A DNA stretch of 64,000 bases from Schmidtea polychroa. Lineage: Eukaryota. Numbering within the stretch: position 1 is the stretch's first letter; each line of letters starts with the position of its first letter. Location: contig CM097885.1 of assembly GCA_044892525.1 (NCBI GenBank), positions 37,326,001 through 37,390,000 of the forward strand, written 5' to 3'. The translations under genes and the position numbers were made by a program. This document shows positions 57,726 to 64,000 of this stretch, one piece after another. The notes beneath the pieces were generated by a model, which was not told the origin of the DNA, did no database searches, and was given only the letters and a program-made list of their open reading frames with translations.

Positions 57726-59039
57726 GATTATTTTATTTCTTTTTAGTTAAAAATATATATAACTTATATTTTATTGAAATAATTCCAAATTCATAACATA
57801 TCATAAAATACCTAAAAAAGCACCTGAAATTTAATTATCAATATATTATAAATATATTATAAATGCTGATTACAAGTAATATTTAAGAGCTTGAATAATG
57901 ATCTCATAATTATATGAAATCAAAATTCAAGCCTTAAAATATACTTAAATTTAAAAAACTTACTTATAAAACCATAAATAAAATTGAATTGAGAATGAAA
58001 AAATGAAATAAACATTTTCATAAATGGTGAGTCATCGATTGATGAACACACCAACATGCATTATAGAGACTTTTAACATGTGGAAACGGGTGTAGAGGTA
58101 TAATTTATCTCCCAGGTTATCGGGGGATGGGAACAATCTAGGTAATTTAACGGCCCCAGAAAGTGACGCCAATAATAATAATTTAAATTATATGTATAAG
58201 TTATAATACCAATTGGTGCAGCCAGAGTTCATATCAATTTCATAACTACGACTCCTTCAGAATTGATTCTAATAACATTACTAATTCAAACATTTCACTA
58301 ACATGAGTGTATTTATAAAAATAAAAAGTCAAAAATAATTTTCTGATTACATTTAGTTAAAAAACAAAAATACCGAATAACATTTTAAAAATTATAAATT
58401 CACTTTCAGATTCTAAACTTCTGATATTTTTATTTTTTTGACGTAAATATGAAATCAAATTTGTACCCAATTCCGCAATCGAATCAAGCAATTCATTTAT
58501 CATTGTTGGATTTTTCTTCCAGAATGTTTCTTTTTAATCACTGTACAGATTTATTATGCTTATCTCGCTCCTCATTATCATACTCTTTTTGTTTTACAAT
58601 AATTTCTGCATTTTCTCCATTGTACAGAATGTCTGGTTTGTTATTCAGTATTTTGCTAGCTGATTTTCGATTTCCTTCTAACGATCGGGTATCCTAATAA
58701 ACTTTATTAAATAAAGTATTACAAATGTTGATAGTTATTGCTTACAACACTAACGTGATTTTAATAATTATACCAGTTTCGATACGTCTTAATTGCATTG
58801 TGTTTGACGTTTTATTAGTAGCTTGTCCCCCTGGACCCCAACCTCATATAAATTTCTCTTCTATGTCAGCTTCATCAGAATAAATTTTCATGGAATGAGA
58901 TCTTCTTAATATAAACTGATTAGTGATAATCGTTTTATAATGGAAAATCGATTTGATTAGTCAAAATTTCATTTAAATATGTATCAACAAAAATTTTAAA
59001 AATTACAAATATTCAGGAATGACGATTTAAAAGTTCATT

Positions 59040-59611
59040 GAATAACTTGGAAGTCAAGTTGAACCAGAAATTCATCAACGAGTCTACGGCAGCTCAGTTT
59101 CGCCCACTGCACATAGAACTGGCCGAAATATATCTACCGGCACAGTCAAGCAAACCAAAGTGCAAGCGGTTAGGGCGAAACACTTGCGAAAAATTGAAGA
59201 GAGCCAGGTTGGCAGAACAAGAGCATCAAGAAAAGGCAAAATCGACTCAAACTCCTTAGATGTGATAAGAGTGCTGTATAAATTGGATTTTAATAAATTT
59301 ACGTATGTGTTACTATGACTTGTGATCGTTTGATGACAGAAAGCAGGTATAAGTGTATTTGGGAAAACAACTACAGTAAAGGACCTGAATAAGTCGGACA
59401 CATACCTTCTAACGGTAGTCCATGGATCCATAGAGTACCCGGCAATTATAGTGCCATTAGTGCGCTCACTTTTTGCGAGTACTCACCCACTTGATACAGT
59501 ACGAACGTTGATTACTCAACGGGTATCAAGCGGTAAAACAATGTTGTATCTTGGGTTACGCTAGTAACAGCATTAAATAGCAAAATACTTAATCATCAGT
59601 AACCCACCACA
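59040..59611 (+). mobile_element. Third LTR 3'-end fragment of the giant-element family
   Basis: Encodes ELAEIYLPAQSSKPKCKRLGRNTCEKLKRA, then the conserved terminal block ending gtaacccaccaca; no PBS follows. Confidence 0.82.
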
Positions 59612-60748
59612 TAACATAAAACAACAAAATATCTTTGCACGCAGTTTAGAGTCGATTGTAGGAATTTCAATCTGTGAATATAATCATTGTATAAGTCAAT
59701 CCATTTTTGAATCTGAATTGTTTTGTTATTGGTAAATTTGAGTAGTTAATAAATATTTATACAAAGACTTATATTTTTCTTGGAGCTAATTGTCTCACAG
59801 CACTGAACTAATAAGATTGAATCAAGATGGGGGAGTCCCCAAATTTGCGCGATCCTGTAGAACAAGGTTGACCTACCGTTACCTAATAAATTCCATCTTT
59901 AAGTTTAATTCCAGCAGGTAAATCAAATAGAAATGTTGATATCTGTGGTCGGGTGTGCTTTCTTTAATTTAATTAGAAATATGTAGATAAAATAACCTTC
60001 AATAAAAAATGACTTCAATTAATGAGAAATTGTTACTGATCGTTTTTAAAAAGGCAAATTTATAACAGATACAGTTGTAAGGATGACATGAGGAAGAAAC
60101 CATTTCAAATTAAATACAGACATAATCCTTCTAACGATATTCCGCGAAACCGAGTTTCTTCAAGTCATTAATATTTTCCAAACCAAAGTTTTTTTGTTGA
60201 CAGCCACCCGATTTTCACATTACCTTATAAGAACTTTATTTTCGAATTTCACCACTGATTTCTTTTCCATTGAATTTATTAAAAAAGCTTGATTGTTTAG
60301 AAATGTGTGCCAAGTGGTCAGACAAATGTTATGTGCTGTTGCGAAAGGAATTAATTATCTCACTGTGCATTTATCTTACTCGCGAATCCAATTATGAACT
60401 ATAAGGTTTGATTTCATTAACAAATGATAATCAATTAGATAAAGTAAAATATGGCTTTAAAACAAAAATTCAAGTTTCTATGAGAATTTTCAGTGACTTA
60501 TGAACATTTATAAATATTTCTGTTATCAGCAAAAATTTAACTTCGAAACAAATTAAATTATTCATTGATATTTGTTTCTAGATAACATATAATTTGCTCA
60601 TCAGCTGTAAAAAATTGTATTGTAAAAAATGTGTTATGTGATTATTTTCTTAGTTAATTCAGAAATTTTTTCAAAAATAAAAAAAATTTGATGAATTGAT
60701 ATTGTTTAAATCTGCTGTCTATATCATAAATTTACAAGTTTCTAACAA

Positions 60749-63626
60749 ATGGCACCAGGTAAACCAGAGGCTGCACTTGCCAAAGCAAAAGGTTAACTAT
60801 ATAATTTTGAATATTAAATTACATAACTTTGGCATTAATCAAATAGATTTAATAAATGTTTACAAGTTAAATACCGCGATTGAAATTTTAAGTGAATGTA
60901 TGAAAGCGCAAAAGAAGCAAAAGGCATGGGTTAAAACTCATGAAGAAGTTATGATGTTGTTGGCTCAGCTTTGTGTAGATAATAAAAAAAGTTTGCAATT
61001 TAAAGAAATTATTCATCAATATAAAAATATGACATTTCAAGTACTTTTTAAAATATTTGTAATTTTTATAATGAAATTATACAGGTGATTCCTAAATCAT
61101 TAGAAGATGTAGTAAAGTATTATTTGTCATTGGCAAAATTGCGTACTGAAGAAGCTCGAGAGAAGTCTAAACAACTTGTTCCTGAAATAGATGATTTAGA
61201 CAATCCAGATACACCGGAAAATTTAATGTTATTTGCAATAAATGCTGAAGGAGAACAAGAAAGACAAGATCGTGCAATTTTAACTCCATGGTTAAAATTT
61301 CTATGGGAATCGTATCGTCAATGTATGGAATTATTAAGAAATAATGTAAAGTTTGAAAGACTATATCATGACATTGCACAAGAAACTTTTGAATTCTGTC
61401 AGAAGTATGATAGAAAAGCAGAGTTTAGAAAGCTTTCTGAAATTTTACGTAATCATATGTCAAAATTCCAAAATAATACAGCTACTGGAAATACGCCTCA
61501 AACTCAAACTCCAGAAACTTGGGTATTGCATTTAGAAACTCGATTAAAAATGTTAGATTATGCACTAAAATTTGAATTATATAATGAAGCTTTTAAAGCA
61601 GTAGAAGATGTTTGGAATTTATTAAATACTTCAAATATTTCAGCAAAACCAAGAATTTTGGCAAATTATTATTTGAAAACTTCCCATGTATTTTTTGAAT
61701 CTGGAACTTCTTATTTATTTCATGCAGCTGCTCTTCATAAATTGTTTTTCTATAGTCGAGAAAACAAAAAAAACATGTCTTCAGCGGAACTTGAACAGTT
61801 GGCTCTACAGTTGATTATTGCAACTTTGGCTGTTCCGTTACCAAATAACAGAGAGCCAGTTGATCCATTGTTAGAATCTGGAGAAATCACAAATCCAGTT
61901 AAACAAAAAACTTTATCTATGTTATTGAATCTTCCAAATCCACCTACTAGAGCAAGCTTAATCAAAGATATCCAAACCAACCATATTTATAATTTAGTAA
62001 GCCCTGAAATAAGAAATTTCTTCAAAATTCTTGAATCAGATTATAAACCGTTATCTATGGCAAAAGATGCTCCTCCTGTCTTGAAAATGTTGCGTGAACA
62101 TCCGGAATTAAATGTTTATTGCGATTTAATCGAAAAAATCGTTGTCAGTAAAACGCTGATCCAAATTGGAAAAGTTTATAAAACTATTAAAGTTACTGAA
62201 TTTGAAAAACTTTGTCCATATGTAGATTCTTTGAAATTACAGACAATTGTATTTAATCTAATTCGTAATTTGGAGTTGCCAATCAGAATTGATCATCGAT
62301 CTGGCATTCTCGAATTCGATGTCTATACAGATTTGGGAATTAGTCAAAGGAATGATACCGATTTAATATCTCAAGAGATAAATGGTATAAGTACATTGGC
62401 TAGACAATTGTCGAAGTTTTCCATTGCTATTTATGAGGTTGCTGAGCACATAGGTTACGTAGACATGGAAAAACAACAGAGTCGTGAATGGGTTCGACAG
62501 TGTTGTTCTAGAAAAATCAATGAAGCCCATCAGCTGATGTTAAATAGGAAAATTTTGATTGAGACTCGAAAAGAAGAAATCGAAAGATTAGAGGAAGAAA
62601 GTCAGCGAAAATTGAATGAACAAATGCGCATATTAGACGAGAAACGCAGGAGAGAAGAAAGCAACCGATTACGAGAGGAACAGGAGCAGTTACAGAAGAA
62701 AAAAATGGAAGAACAAAGAGAATTGCATCAGAAAAAAATGATTAAGGCTAAAATTACTTATTTAAAGAGCAGCGATGCGGGGAATAAAGTATTGAAAAAC
62801 TTCACTGAAAAAGAATTGGAAGAAATGGATGAAATTAAACTCGTCAAAATGCAATGCGATGAAAAGAATCGATTGAAAGAGGAAGAAGAAGAACGGTTTA
62901 GGAAATTAGAACAAAAAGTTGATTACTTCCAGAGAGCATTGAGACTCGAAGAAATCCCTAGGATAAATAACTTTCAATTAGAGAGTTATGAAAAGGCGAA
63001 AAAAATGTTCGACGACAAAGAAGAAAAGCGAAGAAACGATTCTCAGGAACTGCATTTATTGAGGTTGAGGGATAAAGAATTGTGCCTGAAAATTCAGTCA
63101 GATATCGAGAGTTACATCGGGTCACTTTTAAAAGAAACGGACGAAGATTATAAAGCACAATTGAGAGAGTGGGAAGCCAAGAATGATGAAATCAAACAAA
63201 TATATCGTGAGAAGCGCATGGCTGAATTGATGGAACAGAAACGTCAACAAGATATGATGAAACAAAAGGAATTGGAAGAAGAAAATGAAAGATTAGAGAA
63301 AGAGAAAAGGGAAAAGTTAGAATCTGCTCCGAAAGCTGGTAATTTTGCGATGGGTGTATTATTGATTTGTTTATTGTGATTACAGTTACGTACATTCCAC
63401 CACACTTGAGGAACAAGCAAGCATTAGCAGGTGGCGCTAATCAGATAACATCTAGTCCTATCCAAACTGAAATGAATGCCGGTCGAGGGAGCAATATGAG
63501 TCGCAATATTCCCACAATAGATAAAAATAAGAAATCCAATGGTAAACATTTTTCGTTTACTATTTGATATATTGATTTATCATTTCAGATTCAGACGGTG
63601 GATGGAATCGTGTGACGAAAAGATAA
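60749..63626 (+). CDS. EIF3A: Eukaryotic translation initiation factor 3 subunit A, copy 2 (exons 60749-60791, 60847-61040, 61085-63338, 63386-63541, 63589-63626)
   Basis: Same eIF3a motifs as copy 1; GT-AG introns of about 44-55 nt; spliced frame runs MAPGKPEAALAKAK...VTYIPPHLR...GGWNRVTKR*. Confidence 0.93.
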
Positions 63627-64000
63627 CAATTTTGATCGTATTTGTGTTCTTTCAATAAATTGATTATTGTTCACTGTTGCTTATTGAATTATTAAATTGT
63701 AACGAATAAATGTTCTATCTAATTTATATATACCAAAAACCAATAAGTGAAAGTCTATTAATTCGCCGATAGGGAAGTTTTATTTAATTTATTGTAATTT
63801 CATTCTTTGGTGTTTTAATAAATGTAAATAGTACATTTCAAGTTGTTCTATAGTGAATTTAATTTTCGCATTAAATATTTCTATACAAAAATTCATAAAT
63901 TACGGTACATTTTGCATTATATTAAGGACTAGTATAAGTATAGTGACTACATTTTCAGAAAAGAAACTAAAAAAAGCAAAAACTCTGTTATTATCAGAAC

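Noticed and set aside
63339..63379. Hydrophobic C-terminus GNFAMGVLLICLL on eIF3a, also in copy 1
   Set aside because: Read-through into a GT-AG intron; the spliced frame continues VTYIPPHLR.

Overview
AT-rich eukaryotic DNA with short GT-AG introns. The host may be a planarian-type flatworm, but this is inference only. The window is dominated by a giant Ty3/Gypsy LTR retroelement (17735 to about 50039; about 35.5 kb if its 3' LTR were complete). It has a 5.05-kb 5' LTR that itself carries ORFs, a tRNA-Pro-type primer-binding site, a RING gene and a structured leader. A formerly continuous ~4,770-codon polyprotein frame follows, in this order: Gag; three ubiquitin-like domains interleaved with a MATH/TRAF domain; a Bcl-2-like domain; a chuvirus-type envelope glycoprotein; PR-RT-RNase H-IN; ankyrin repeats; and a second membrane protein. 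Six more same-strand cargo genes come next (full TRAF, BIR/RING IAP, three coiled-coil proteins, a type I membrane protein). Each starts 0-3 nt after an AG acceptor, and each spacer between them contains TGTANATA. The near-identical 3' LTR is cut at 1.85 kb and abuts sequence leading to an opposite-strand relative (LTR 55063-57088 with its own PBS). Two inverted, intron-containing eIF3a paralogs flank the region. The rest is transposon debris: Gypsy pol, Bel/Pao integrase, Polinton-type PolB split by a solo LTR, related LTR ends and a possible Tc1 remnant. All domain calls are by-eye motif recognition with no database searches, and internal domain coordinates are approximate.
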